Of a stretch of DNA of 64,000 bases, positions 18,375-27,359 are shown piece after piece (the first letter of the stretch is position 1; each line of letters starts with the position of its first letter). The position numbers and the translations under genes are program-made. The notes below the pieces were generated by a model, which worked only from the letters and a program-made list of their open reading frames with translations, was not told where the DNA came from and searched no databases. This DNA is from an uncultured Anaerolineales bacterium (lineage in GTDB: Bacteria; Chloroflexota; Anaerolineae; B4-G1): assembly GCA_964393895.1 (NCBI GenBank), contig CAYMWP010000003.1:18351-82350 (forward strand), given 5' to 3'.

Positions 18375-20042
18375 ATGAAACAGAACGGATTCAACCACCG
18401 GGTTTGGCTGGAATGTGCGGATTGTGGGCACCGCACTTTGTTTGTTCGTCCGCTGAGGGCGTGTGAAAAGTGTGGCGGGCAATGGCTCGACGCGACTTAT
18501 GATTATGACCGTATTCGGGAGCAATGGCCGGCCGTGTTGAGCAAGCGCCCTTTCGACATGTGGCGCTATCGGGAACTCTTGCCTTTGCGCGACGACGTCA
18601 ACAAGGTGACGATGGGGGAGGGTGGAACGCCGCTGCTCCACGCCGTCAACCTGGGAGTGATGCTCGGCGCTCCCCACATCTACTTCAAAGACGAGCGGCA
18701 GGGGCCGACCGGTTCGTTCAAAGACCGGCAGGCGGCGTTGGCTATTTCGGTGATGAAGGAGCACGGTGTGACTGAGGCGATCGTCGCTTCTACAGGCAAC
18801 GTTGCCATTTCCTACTCGGCCTACTCTGCGCTGGCCGGTATCAAGATGTGGACTTTTCTCACCAGCCTGGTGCCATCTGAAAAGATGCGCGAGGTGGCGC
18901 TTTATGGGAGTGAGGTCGTCAAAGTGACCGCCACCTACGATCAGACCAAGCGAGTGGCGGCCGATTTTGCCGAGCGTAAAGGGATCTTTCTCGACCGGGG
19001 TATTCGGAGCATCGCGGCCCGCGAGGCTATGAAGACCGTCGCTTTCGAGATGGCCGAGCAGTTACCCCTGCTGGTTGGCTCCGGCGCTACCCCCTGGCGC
19101 GCGCCCGATTGGTACTTTCAGGCCGTCAGTGGGGGAATGGGGCCGGTAGGTGTGTGGAAAGCTTACCAAGAGTTGATAGAGTTGGGTCTGGTGGACAAGG
19201 CGCCCAAATTAGCTTGCATCCAGGCCGCCGGCTGTGCACCGATGGTACACTCCTTCGACAAGGGCTTGGAGGAGGCCGAGCCGATCCTCAACCCTCAGAC
19301 GTTGGTCATCACCATCGCCACCGGAAACCCCGGCCCGGCCTATTCTTTCTTGGCTCGTGTCGTCCGGGAGCACGGAGGGGCCTTTGAGTCCGTGACCGAC
19401 GAGGAGACTTTCCGCGCTATGCACGTGATGGCCAAGTTGGATGGCGTCTCGATGGAACCGGCGGCGGCGGTCGCTTTCGCCGGGTTGTTCAAGTTGCTCA
19501 GTAAGGGTATAATAAAACGTGACGAGGTCGTGGTCGTCAATTGCTCCGGCCATACCTTCCCGGTCGAAAAGCACCTGCTGGGCGGCGAGTGGGCGAGGAC
19601 GGTGGAGGTGCCCTCTGAGAAGCCTACCGTCGAAGAGGGATTGTTAGGTTCTTTGGAACAACTGGATGGCCGGGTACAGAGCATCGCCATCATTGAGGAT
19701 AACCCTCAGGCTACGCTGTTGTTGCGACGTATCCTGCAAACCAGGGGAGAGCATCGGGTTTTCGAGGCGCACGATGGGGCCGAGGGGTTAGAGTTGGTGC
19801 GCCGCGAGCGGCCTGACTTGGTCTTGTTGGACCTGATGATGCCGGGTATGGATGGCTTTGAAGTGCTGGACGCGCTCAAGGCCGACGAAGACTTGAGAGA
19901 CGTGCCGGTGATTGTCATCACGGCCAAAGAGTTGACCGCCGCCGAGCGGCAGCGCCTCAGTGGAAGGATTGACAAATTGATGCAGAAGGGTTCCTTTACC
20001 GATGAAGAACTGTTGGAGGAGATTCTCAAGCGGGCATCATGA
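18375..20042 (+). CDS. Threonine-synthase-like PLP-dependent enzyme fused to a C-terminal receiver (REC) domain
   Basis: N-terminal Cys4 ribbon (CADCGH...CEKCGG). ThrC-type motifs WRYRELLP, GEGGTPL, and PTGSFKDRQAALAIS carrying the PLP lysine. C-terminal REC (IAIIEDNPQ..., LLDLMMPGMDGF, VIVITAKE). Confidence 0.85.
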   Translation: MKQNGFNHRVWLECADCGHRTLFVRPLRACEKCGGQWLDATYDYDRIREQWPAVLSKRPFDMWRYRELLPLRDDVNKVTMGEGGTPLLHAVNLGVMLGAPHIYFKDERQGPTGSFKDRQAALAISVMKEHGVTEAIVASTGNVAISYSAYSALAGIKMWTFLTSLVPSEKMREVALYGSEVVKVTATYDQTKRVAADFAERKGIFLDRGIRSIAAREAMKTVAFEMAEQLPLLVGSGATPWRAPDWYFQAVSGGMGPVGVWKAYQELIELGLVDKAPKLACIQAAGCAPMVHSFDKGLEEAEPILNPQTLVITIATGNPGPAYSFLARVVREHGGAFESVTDEETFRAMHVMAKLDGVSMEPAAAVAFAGLFKLLSKGIIKRDEVVVVNCSGHTFPVEKHLLGGEWARTVEVPSEKPTVEEGLLGSLEQLDGRVQSIAIIEDNPQATLLLRRILQTRGEHRVFEAHDGAEGLELVRRERPDLVLLDLMMPGMDGFEVLDALKADEDLRDVPVIVITAKELTAAERQRLSGRIDKLMQKGSFTDEELLEEILKRAS

Positions 20043-21385
20043 TCGCTAAGGACAGTACAAAGATTCTCTACGTAGAGGACGATCCATCTAGCGCGACTTT
20101 GATGCGTCGCCTGCTCGAAAGCGAGGGCTACCGGGTCGTGCACGCCTCGGATGGCCTCTCCGCCATAGAGGTTGCCAGGTGCGAGTCGCCTGACCTGATC
20201 CTGATGGATATAAACATCGGTGGATTAGATGGCTACGAGTTGACCACTCTCCTGCGCTCCATCGAGGAACTGGAGCACGTGCCCATCGTGGCCGTTACTG
20301 CCGCCACGTTGGATGGCGACCGAGAGCGTGCGCTCATTGCCGGATGCACCGGCTACATCCCCAAGCCGATCAACGTGGACGAATTCCCGAGCCAGGTGTA
20401 TTCCTTTCTCCAGGGGACGAAGGAAGAGATCGAGTCTGCGGAGGAGAAGAGCGAGTACCTGGTCGAGTACAGCCGTAGCCTGGTGGATCGGTTGGAGAGC
20501 AAGATCCGCGAGCTGGAGGGGGCGCATGCCGAGTTGCAGCGCATCGAGAAGGTAAAGTCGGACTTTATCATCCTGGCCAGCCACGAGCTGCGCACGCCGA
20601 TGACGTGCGTCTATGGTTACATCCAGATGTTGCTCGCCAACCCGGATATTCCCGGCGATGCCGACGAGGAGGGCAGCGCCCGCAACTTGCTCCACCGCAT
20701 CGCCTCCGCCACACACCGGCTTGGGCTGGTCTTTGACGAGATCCGCAACGTTTCCCTCATTGACGCCGATCGCCTGGATCTGGCCTGGGAGCCGGTGCCC
20801 CTCAGGTCGCTGATCCGCAACGTGGTGAACAGTCTGGAGAAGGTTGATCCAATGCGGGATTTGAAATTCGATTTTGAGGGAGTTGATGATCTACCGGTGC
20901 TCTATGGGGACGATAAGCGTTTGCACCAGGCGCTATGGAATGTCATCAGTAACTCGATAAAGTACACGCCCGACGGCGGACACATACGCATCGTGGGCCG
21001 TCAAATTCAGGATACGGTGCATCTATCTATCCAGGACAGCGGCGTGGGTATTCCTCCGGGGGAGCAGGAGCACATATTCGATCACTTCTACGTGTTGGAG
21101 GATACCAGCTTTCACCACACCAGTAAAACGGCGTTCAAGGGGGGAGGGTTAGGGCTGGGGCTTACCGTGGCTCGAGGCATCATCGAGAATCACGGCGGCA
21201 AGATTTGGGTGGAAAGCGAAGGGTACGACGAGGAGCGGTTGCCGGGCAGCACCTTTCACATTCTCCTGCCGTTGCGTGAAGCTTCGCTCTCGTTGTACGA
21301 TACATCTATTCCAGCTTCCATTCCAGGGGAACATTACCCTCTGCCAGATGCATCCCTGGATCGCGAGACATCAGAATCAGACTGA
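20039..21385 (+). CDS. Response-regulator receiver - HisKA - HATPase_c hybrid histidine kinase
   Basis: ATGA overlap with the upstream stop. REC (ILYVEDDPSS..., ILMDINIGGLDG), H-box LASHELRTPMTCVYGY, and an ATPase G-box GGGLGLGLTVARGIIENHGGKIWVES. Confidence 0.9.
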   Translation: MIAKDSTKILYVEDDPSSATLMRRLLESEGYRVVHASDGLSAIEVARCESPDLILMDINIGGLDGYELTTLLRSIEELEHVPIVAVTAATLDGDRERALIAGCTGYIPKPINVDEFPSQVYSFLQGTKEEIESAEEKSEYLVEYSRSLVDRLESKIRELEGAHAELQRIEKVKSDFIILASHELRTPMTCVYGYIQMLLANPDIPGDADEEGSARNLLHRIASATHRLGLVFDEIRNVSLIDADRLDLAWEPVPLRSLIRNVVNSLEKVDPMRDLKFDFEGVDDLPVLYGDDKRLHQALWNVISNSIKYTPDGGHIRIVGRQIQDTVHLSIQDSGVGIPPGEQEHIFDHFYVLEDTSFHHTSKTAFKGGGLGLGLTVARGIIENHGGKIWVESEGYDEERLPGSTFHILLPLREASLSLYDTSIPASIPGEHYPLPDASLDRETSESD

Positions 21386-22223
21386 CCCCCAGCAGCCCGC
21401 TCCCCAGCCACTGCACGAGTGTCATCCGCTCGCCCAGCAACAAGAAGGCCAGCACCAGGCTGACTGTGAGTTCCAGTAGGCCGGCCAACGCCGTCTCAAT
21501 TCCTCCCAGCCGCTCCAGCGCGAAAAACATTGTCAACCGAGATAGGGCGGTCGTCAGGCCCAGCGCCAGTATAGCCTCCCATCCGGTGGTCGTTATAGTC
21601 TCCAGCGGCTCCGCTTGTATCACCCGCGCGATGCCGACTATGCAGGCCATGGTCGTCAGGATGTAGAGCGCCGCCTTGCGCGCCGGCACGTCGGTCAGCA
21701 CCCATTGACCCAGCACCAGATGCCAGCCATAAGTCGCTGCCGAGGCGACCATCAGCGTCACCCCTAGCCAGTTCAGTTCTCCGGTACCGGCGCGCGTCAG
21801 CAAATAGATGCCCAGTGTGGAGAGCCCAAGCCGCGCTACGGTGAGGCGCGTCAATGGCTGCCCGGACGCAAAGAGGAAAAGCACCACCCACAACGGGTAG
21901 AGAGTGTTGAGCAAAGAGGCGCGGGAGGCATCTATGTGTAGGAGGCCCGTGTAGTAGAGCAGCGACCCAAAGCCGTTGACTGCGCCTACTCCGATACAGC
22001 CGATGAGATCACGCCAGGATATGATGATTTCGCGGCGCCAAAAGATCACGAAAGCCAGCCAGAGAAGCAATGCTGCTACCACTGTGCGGAAGGCCACCAG
22101 CGTATATGGCGTGACGCCATAGGCATAGGCCATCTTGCCCAGAATGGGCGCCCAGCCCAAAAAGAAGCTGGCCACAACCGTGGCTGCGACTCCCTGACGT
22201 TGTTCACGGCTTAGACTAGACAT
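21306..22223 (-). CDS. EamA/DMT-family transporter
   Basis: About 10 hydrophobic helices and duplicated EamA-like halves. The start was moved to the internal ATG at 22223 (MSSLSREQRQ...), because the longer ORF N-terminus is not transporter-like. Confidence 0.75.
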   Translation of the reverse strand: MSSLSREQRQGVAATVVASFFLGWAPILGKMAYAYGVTPYTLVAFRTVVAALLLWLAFVIFWRREIIISWRDLIGCIGVGAVNGFGSLLYYTGLLHIDASRASLLNTLYPLWVVLFLFASGQPLTRLTVARLGLSTLGIYLLTRAGTGELNWLGVTLMVASAATYGWHLVLGQWVLTDVPARKAALYILTTMACIVGIARVIQAEPLETITTTGWEAILALGLTTALSRLTMFFALERLGGIETALAGLLELTVSLVLAFLLLGERMTLVQWLGSGLLGVSLILMSRDPGMHLAEGNVPLEWKLE

Positions 22224-22281
22224 TTCATCTCCGGCCGGCTCTGCTTCCGTGTTGTGTTGTTGACCTACCTGTGTTACACTC

Positions 22282-22824
22282 TTGGCGATGAGCGGGAAAC
22301 AAAAACTAATCGTAGCAGTTTTGGCAATTGCCAACGCTGTCTTGATCCTGGCTCTGGCGAGGCTGATGCTACGCCCATTCGATGCCGTTACCTCGCCTCT
22401 GCCTACGCCCTGGATCAAGGCTTCCGCGTCGCCTCCTGGATCCGAGGGAGGGGCCGCATCGTTCCCTCACGAGGTCTGCCGATGGGAGGCGGCTCAGATG
22501 CTGGCCCAGGCCGGGCTGGCCGGTACGGCGGCGCTTGTTTCCGATGGCTCACTTTGTTTCGAGATCACACATTCTCTCCCGCCAGGCGCAGAGGCCGACT
22601 CGGCCGCTCAGTCAATTTGGGCGGTCTTTGACGTCGCACTGGCCTTGCAAGAGCGCGATTGCGCGTTCACCCAGATCGAGGTCACTGTCCTGGCTCGGGG
22701 GGCTCAATCCGACGTGCGGGTCGAAGCGAGCGTCGGCGCGGCCGACCTGGCGGCCTTTGGCGCTGGCGAGTTGAGCGAGGATGAACTCATCGAGCGCGTG
22801 ACGTACACTGTTTTTGTTCAATGA
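22282..22824 (+). CDS. Hypothetical protein with an N-terminal membrane anchor
   Basis: 180 aa ORF with N-terminal helix LIVAVLAIANAVLILALARLML. No recognisable domain. Confidence 0.4.
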   Translation: MAMSGKQKLIVAVLAIANAVLILALARLMLRPFDAVTSPLPTPWIKASASPPGSEGGAASFPHEVCRWEAAQMLAQAGLAGTAALVSDGSLCFEITHSLPPGAEADSAAQSIWAVFDVALALQERDCAFTQIEVTVLARGAQSDVRVEASVGAADLAAFGAGELSEDELIERVTYTVFVQ

Positions 22825-24223
22825 CCAGCTCCCGGTCAAATATCTGTTCCAACAGCGACCCCTTGGCTAGCGCCTGCTCTCGCTCCGCTTCCGCGTACCC
22901 GCGCGTGGCGCAGCGCACGGTTATCTGCTGGGGCGAGAGCTCGCACGTGAGTTCTTCCACGACGTTGCGATGGGTGCGATCCAGCCCATCGGCCACCCGC
23001 AGGAGCGCGGCCAAAATGGTCACGCTGCGCCGCTCCTCTGCGTCCAGTGCGGCAAAGTGCTCGTGCTTATCTTTTGGGAGTGCTCCGCGATGGTAGCGGG
23101 CGATTGAGCCAATGATGTGTCGCTCTTGCCTGTCGAATGGCAGGTGGGGTGTTTCGAGAATGATGCGCAAGCTGGTTTTGTGATGCCGCTGCTGTCCCTC
23201 GATCCAGCCGATGTCGTGCAGCAGGGCGCCGCATCTCAGCCAGAAGCGTTCCTCCGCGCCGAGGCCGTGCAGGGATTGCAGCTCGTCGAACAGCTGCAGG
23301 GCCAGCCGCGTCACCTGGTAGGAGTGTTCCACCTCGTAATCGCAGCGCTCTGCCAGTTGCAACACTGCCTTTAGGCGACGCTCTTGCTCCTCCTGCCACA
23401 GAGATGCGCCCGCAGCGGACGTAGCCCGCGTTTCCGGCGTTTCTCTGGGATGTCGTTTATCCACCATGACCGTGTCCAGATCGCGGCCCTGGAGCAGCAT
23501 TTGGGCGAACGCTTCCGGCAACCCACACTCGCGGATTGCGGCCGCTGCCCCGTCCACGTCGTACGCCAGCCGAAAATGCTCCACGTGGACGTCTGGCCCT
23601 GCTTTGCCTGGCCCTATTTCCAGGACGGCGTAGCAAGCGCGAGGGTCGCCGTCGTCGGGCCGGCCCACGCTGCCGGTATTGACGAACCACACGCCCTCCA
23701 CCTGACGTGTGAGGGGCCGGTGCGAGTGCCCGCAGACGATCACGTCGGCGCTCGCCGCGTGCGCCAGTTCGCGCAGCCGCTCATCCGGGGTATCGGAGGT
23801 GATGGGTTCCTCGTTCGAGACGGGACTTGCGTGTGTCAGCAGGATGTGCAGCCCTTTTACTTGCAATCGTATTTCCTGGGGCAGGGAGCGCAGGTAGTCG
23901 TGGTTCTCTGGTGAGAGATGGTCGTGGGTCCATTGGAAGGCCAGGAATTTTTCTGCCCGTTTGCTCTTTTGCCACTTTTGCCTTTTTTCCTCGAACTCCA
24001 GCACTTTGAGGTCATAGTTGCCCACGATGCTGACCACTCGTTCCTGTCGCAGCAACCGTATCACCTGGTTGGGAAAAGCGCCATAGCCGACCAGATCGCC
24101 CACGTTCCAGATTGCCTCTACGTTGCGCTGGCGTGCGTGTTCCAGCACCACTTCCAGCGCCGGCAAGTTAGCGTGGACGTCTCCGATCAGGGCTAACCTG
24201 GCGCGCGAGTCATTCTTCACCAT
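22787..24223 (-). CDS. Calcineurin-like metallophosphoesterase fused to an HD domain resembling the Ppx/GppA C-terminus
   Basis: N-terminus has LALIGDVHANLPALE, NVGDLVGYG, LLTHASP and VCGHSH. C-terminus has HSYQVTRLALQLFDEL...LLHDIGW...HHKTSLRII...IARYHRG. Confidence 0.8.
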   Translation of the reverse strand: MVKNDSRARLALIGDVHANLPALEVVLEHARQRNVEAIWNVGDLVGYGAFPNQVIRLLRQERVVSIVGNYDLKVLEFEEKRQKWQKSKRAEKFLAFQWTHDHLSPENHDYLRSLPQEIRLQVKGLHILLTHASPVSNEEPITSDTPDERLRELAHAASADVIVCGHSHRPLTRQVEGVWFVNTGSVGRPDDGDPRACYAVLEIGPGKAGPDVHVEHFRLAYDVDGAAAAIRECGLPEAFAQMLLQGRDLDTVMVDKRHPRETPETRATSAAGASLWQEEQERRLKAVLQLAERCDYEVEHSYQVTRLALQLFDELQSLHGLGAEERFWLRCGALLHDIGWIEGQQRHHKTSLRIILETPHLPFDRQERHIIGSIARYHRGALPKDKHEHFAALDAEERRSVTILAALLRVADGLDRTHRNVVEELTCELSPQQITVRCATRGYAEAEREQALAKGSLLEQIFDRELVIEQKQCTSRAR

Positions 24224-26372
24224 GCCATATTCCCCGCTGCTCGATCATCCACATCTGAGAATTTAGCTTCGGCCCGTCAGGTTGCGGACGCGCGCGTCTG
24301 TAGCTGCCATCGGGCAACAGTCGCCGGGCTTGCACGTTATCCCTCAGGTGAACACCGAGAATGTGGTCGCGCAATGCGTCCCGCAAATTGGGGTCATCCA
24401 CCGGAAACAACTGCTCTACTCTGCGGTCGAGGTTGCGGGGCATCAGGTCGGCGCTGCCCACAAAGATCTCTTCCTCGCCATCGTTACGGAAGTAGAATAT
24501 GCGGGGATGCTCCAGAAAGCGCCCCACGATAGAGGTGACGGTGATGTTCTCGCTTACTCCTGGCACTCCTGGCCGTAGGCAACAGATGCCCCGTACCTGC
24601 AAATCCACCTTCACCCCTGCCTGTGAGGCCCGGTAGAGCGCCTGGATGCACTCTTTATCCACCAGGGAATTCATCTTGAAGGCCAGGTAGCCCTCCCCGT
24701 GCTGCTCGTGCCGCTCGATCTCGCGCTCGATGCGCGCCAGAATCTCTTGCCGCATCGTCCCTGGGGCCACCAATAGCTTGCGGTATTCTTGCTTGGTGGA
24801 ATAGCCGGTGAGGGCGTTGAACAGATCCGACACGTCCGCGCCGATCTCGGGGTCACATGTAAAAAAGCCAATGTCCGAATAAAGCCGGGCGGTGACGTCG
24901 TTGTAATTACCCGTGCTCATGTGGACGTAGCGCGTGATGCCGTCTCCCTCGCGACGCACCACCATGAGGAGCTTGCAGTGCGTCTTGAGCCCCACCAAGC
25001 CATAGACTATGTGTACCCCCGCCTGTTCCAGCGCCCGCGCCCACACGATGTTGTTCTCCTCGTCGAAACGGGCCTTTAACTCCACCAGCACGGCCACCTG
25101 TTTCCCATTCTCGCGCGCTTTCATCAGCGCTGCCACGATCGGCGAATTCGGGCCGACCCGGTACAACGTTTGCTTGATCGCCAGCACGTCGGGGTCCCGT
25201 GCTGCTTGATGGACGAAATCTATTACCGGGTCAAAGCTGTCGTAGGGGTGGTAGAGTAAAATATCGCGGCGGCGGATCACGGAAAAGATGTTCTCCTCCG
25301 GGGCCAGAGCCGGCGGCACCGACGGTTGGAAGGGCGGATCCTTCAATTCGGGGCGGTTTACGCGGGTCAACTCCATCAGGGCAGCCAGCCCGATGGGGCC
25401 ATCCGCCGTGTATACCTGGTAGGGCGCCAGGCCCAGGTTGGCGACCAGGATGTTGCGCACCTGTTCCGGCATGGTATTATCCACCTCTAGCCGTACCGCC
25501 GAACCAAAGTGACGCATGCGTACACTCTCTTGAATGGCGATCAGCAGGTCGGCGGCCTCGTCCTCTTCGATTTCCGGGTCGGCGTCGCGGGTGACACGGA
25601 AAGGATAGGCGTTCACGATTTCCAGGCCGGGGAAGAGCTTGTCCAGATTAGCGACCACCACTTTCTCCAACCACACAAAGTTGTTGGACGTAGCTTCCGT
25701 CACCAACCCCAGTTTTTGATATTCGTCGGCCGTCTCCTCGCTGGGGATGCGCAGCAGGCGGGGGAACATGTTGGGCACCTTCAAACGGGCGAACCGCTGG
25801 CCGTTCACTGGATCGTTGATCACTACCGCCAGGTTGATGCTGAGGTTGGAGATGTGGGGGAAGGGATGACCTGGGTCGAAGGCCAGCGGTGTGAGGGCGG
25901 GGAATATCTCTTGCTCAAAGTGCTTGCGGAGCAGCTTGCGCTGCTTGCGCTTCAGTTCGTCGTAAGTGAGCACTTTGATCCCGGCCTCGCGGAGTTTCGG
26001 CAACAGGTCATAGTGCCAGCAATCGTATTGCCGCGCCAGTTCCGGGAGCAATTCTCGACGAATAGCGGCCAATTGCTCCGCCGGTGTCATGCTCTCGAGA
26101 GGCGCTGCCAGGGGGCCGGCCTCCAATTGCCTCCGCAAGCCGGAGACGCGGATCATAAAGAACTCGTCCAGGTTGCTGGAAACGATGGACAGGAACTTTA
26201 CCCGTTCCAACAGGGGATGGCGCTCATCCAGCGCCTCCTCCAGAACCCGGTGGTTGAACTGGAGAAAGCTCAGCTCGCGATTTATATAAAGATCAGGGTC
26301 GTTCAGATTTGGGCCCTTTTTGTCTTTCTGGGAGCTGGTTTGCGGCTGGCGGTTCTCTTTTTTTTTCGGCAT
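24210..26372 (-). CDS. ppk1: Polyphosphate kinase 1
   Basis: YINRELSFLQFNHRVLEEA...LERVKFLSIVSSNLDEFFMIRV and the full-length PPK1 architecture. Start chosen at ATG 26372 (MPKKKENRQ), preceded by GAGGA. The ORF track extends to 26420. Confidence 0.95.
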   Translation of the reverse strand: MPKKKENRQPQTSSQKDKKGPNLNDPDLYINRELSFLQFNHRVLEEALDERHPLLERVKFLSIVSSNLDEFFMIRVSGLRRQLEAGPLAAPLESMTPAEQLAAIRRELLPELARQYDCWHYDLLPKLREAGIKVLTYDELKRKQRKLLRKHFEQEIFPALTPLAFDPGHPFPHISNLSINLAVVINDPVNGQRFARLKVPNMFPRLLRIPSEETADEYQKLGLVTEATSNNFVWLEKVVVANLDKLFPGLEIVNAYPFRVTRDADPEIEEDEAADLLIAIQESVRMRHFGSAVRLEVDNTMPEQVRNILVANLGLAPYQVYTADGPIGLAALMELTRVNRPELKDPPFQPSVPPALAPEENIFSVIRRRDILLYHPYDSFDPVIDFVHQAARDPDVLAIKQTLYRVGPNSPIVAALMKARENGKQVAVLVELKARFDEENNIVWARALEQAGVHIVYGLVGLKTHCKLLMVVRREGDGITRYVHMSTGNYNDVTARLYSDIGFFTCDPEIGADVSDLFNALTGYSTKQEYRKLLVAPGTMRQEILARIEREIERHEQHGEGYLAFKMNSLVDKECIQALYRASQAGVKVDLQVRGICCLRPGVPGVSENITVTSIVGRFLEHPRIFYFRNDGEEEIFVGSADLMPRNLDRRVEQLFPVDDPNLRDALRDHILGVHLRDNVQARRLLPDGSYRRARPQPDGPKLNSQMWMIEQRGIWHGEE

Positions 26373-26479
26373 TGCTCTGTCCTCGGCTGGGGGTGGCAGA
26401 CGGTAGACAGGGGAAGACAATTCCCAGTCTCGAGAGAAAAGGCCGGGGTATTCTCTGTTTACCGTCTGCCGTTCGCGGT

Positions 26480-26533
26480 CTACTTCTTTTTCTTCTTCTT
26501 ATCTTTCTTGTTCTTATCTTTCTTCTTGCTCAT
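26480..26533 (-). CDS. Candidate 17-aa Lys-rich micro-ORF (MSKKKDKNKKDKKKKKK)
   Basis: An ATG preceded by GGAGGT with a 7-nt spacer, and a TAG stop. It lies between a PPK2 gene and ppk1. It is too short for the ORF track. Confidence 0.35.
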   Translation of the reverse strand: MSKKKDKNKKDKKKKKK

Positions 26534-26564
26534 AGCTTTGACCTCCGTAGATTAATAGAGTTCC

Positions 26565-27350
26565 CTAATTGGAACCCTCAGCGCTACTTGCTTTTTTCTT
26601 CTTTTTGGTTCTCTTGACTTTTGGAGTCGCGGGTTGATAGTCGAGTTCCTTGCTCAAGACCTGGACGAGCGTGCGCAACGCTTTGACTCTGGCGAACCAC
26701 TTGTCATTCCCCTCCACCACCGTCCAGGGAGCCGTAGCCGTGCTGGTTTTGAGCAGCATGTCCTCCACGGCCAATTTGTACTGATCCCACTTCTCACGGT
26801 TGCGCCAATCCTCGTCGGTGAGCTTCCATTTTTTGTGGGGGGTGTTCTGACGCTCCTGGAAGCGGCGCATCTGTTCATCCTGGCTGATGTGGATCCAGAA
26901 CTTGACCATGATCATTCCAAAATCGACCAACTGGCGCTCAAACTCGTTGATCTCGCGGAAAGCGCGCTTCCACTCGTCTTCGGTGCAGAACCCCTCGATC
27001 CGCTCCACCATGACGCGCCCATACCAGCTTCGGTCGAGGATGAGGATCTGTTTCTCGTCCGGCGGCTTGAGCCGCCGCCAAAAGCGCCACAGGTAGTGAT
27101 GGGTGGCGTCCTCACCCTTGGGCGCGGCGATGGAGAATACTTCATAGCCGCGCGGGTCCAACCGCTCGGTGACGCGCTTGATGTTGCCCCCCTTGCCCCC
27201 GGCGTCCCAGCCTTCGTACACTACCACCAACGTTCGCTGTTGGACGTAGAGTTGGTAGGCCAGTTCTCGTAACTGCAACTGGTAGCGGATCAGGTTCTCG
27301 ATGTACTCCTCTCTCGTGAGACTCTTGCTCAGGTCCACTGTGTCCAGCAT
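26565..27350 (-). CDS. Polyphosphate kinase 2 family protein
   Basis: 261 aa single-domain PPK2. Motifs VVYEGWDAGGKGGNIKRV, RFWRRLPP-type and DRSWYGRV. Lys-rich C-terminal tail KVKRTKKKKKA. Confidence 0.9.
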   Translation of the reverse strand: MLDTVDLSKSLTREEYIENLIRYQLQLRELAYQLYVQQRTLVVVYEGWDAGGKGGNIKRVTERLDPRGYEVFSIAAPKGEDATHHYLWRFWRRLKPPDEKQILILDRSWYGRVMVERIEGFCTEDEWKRAFREINEFERQLVDFGMIMVKFWIHISQDEQMRRFQERQNTPHKKWKLTDEDWRNREKWDQYKLAVEDMLLKTSTATAPWTVVEGNDKWFARVKALRTLVQVLSKELDYQPATPKVKRTKKKKKASSAEGSN

Positions 27351-27359
27351 AATTTCCCC

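Noticed and set aside
20039-22223. The 80-nt convergent overlap between the REC-kinase gene end (21385) and the EamA transporter gene end (21306), considered as a meaningful antisense arrangement.
   Set aside because: It may simply reflect a non-conserved C-terminal extension of either ORF, and nothing in the sequence supports regulation.
21306-22418. The longer N-terminal extensions offered by the ORF track for several genes: EamA to 22418, dual-OB-like to 35279, DUF488 to 35620, nuclease to 40283, DEAD-box to 48939, YgiQ to 51883, AlkD-like from 55361.
   Set aside because: The extensions are low-complexity or unlike the family N-termini. Internal ATG (or GTG/TTG) starts with better Shine-Dalgarno context, or with family-typical N-termini, were preferred. 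The exact starts remain unverified.
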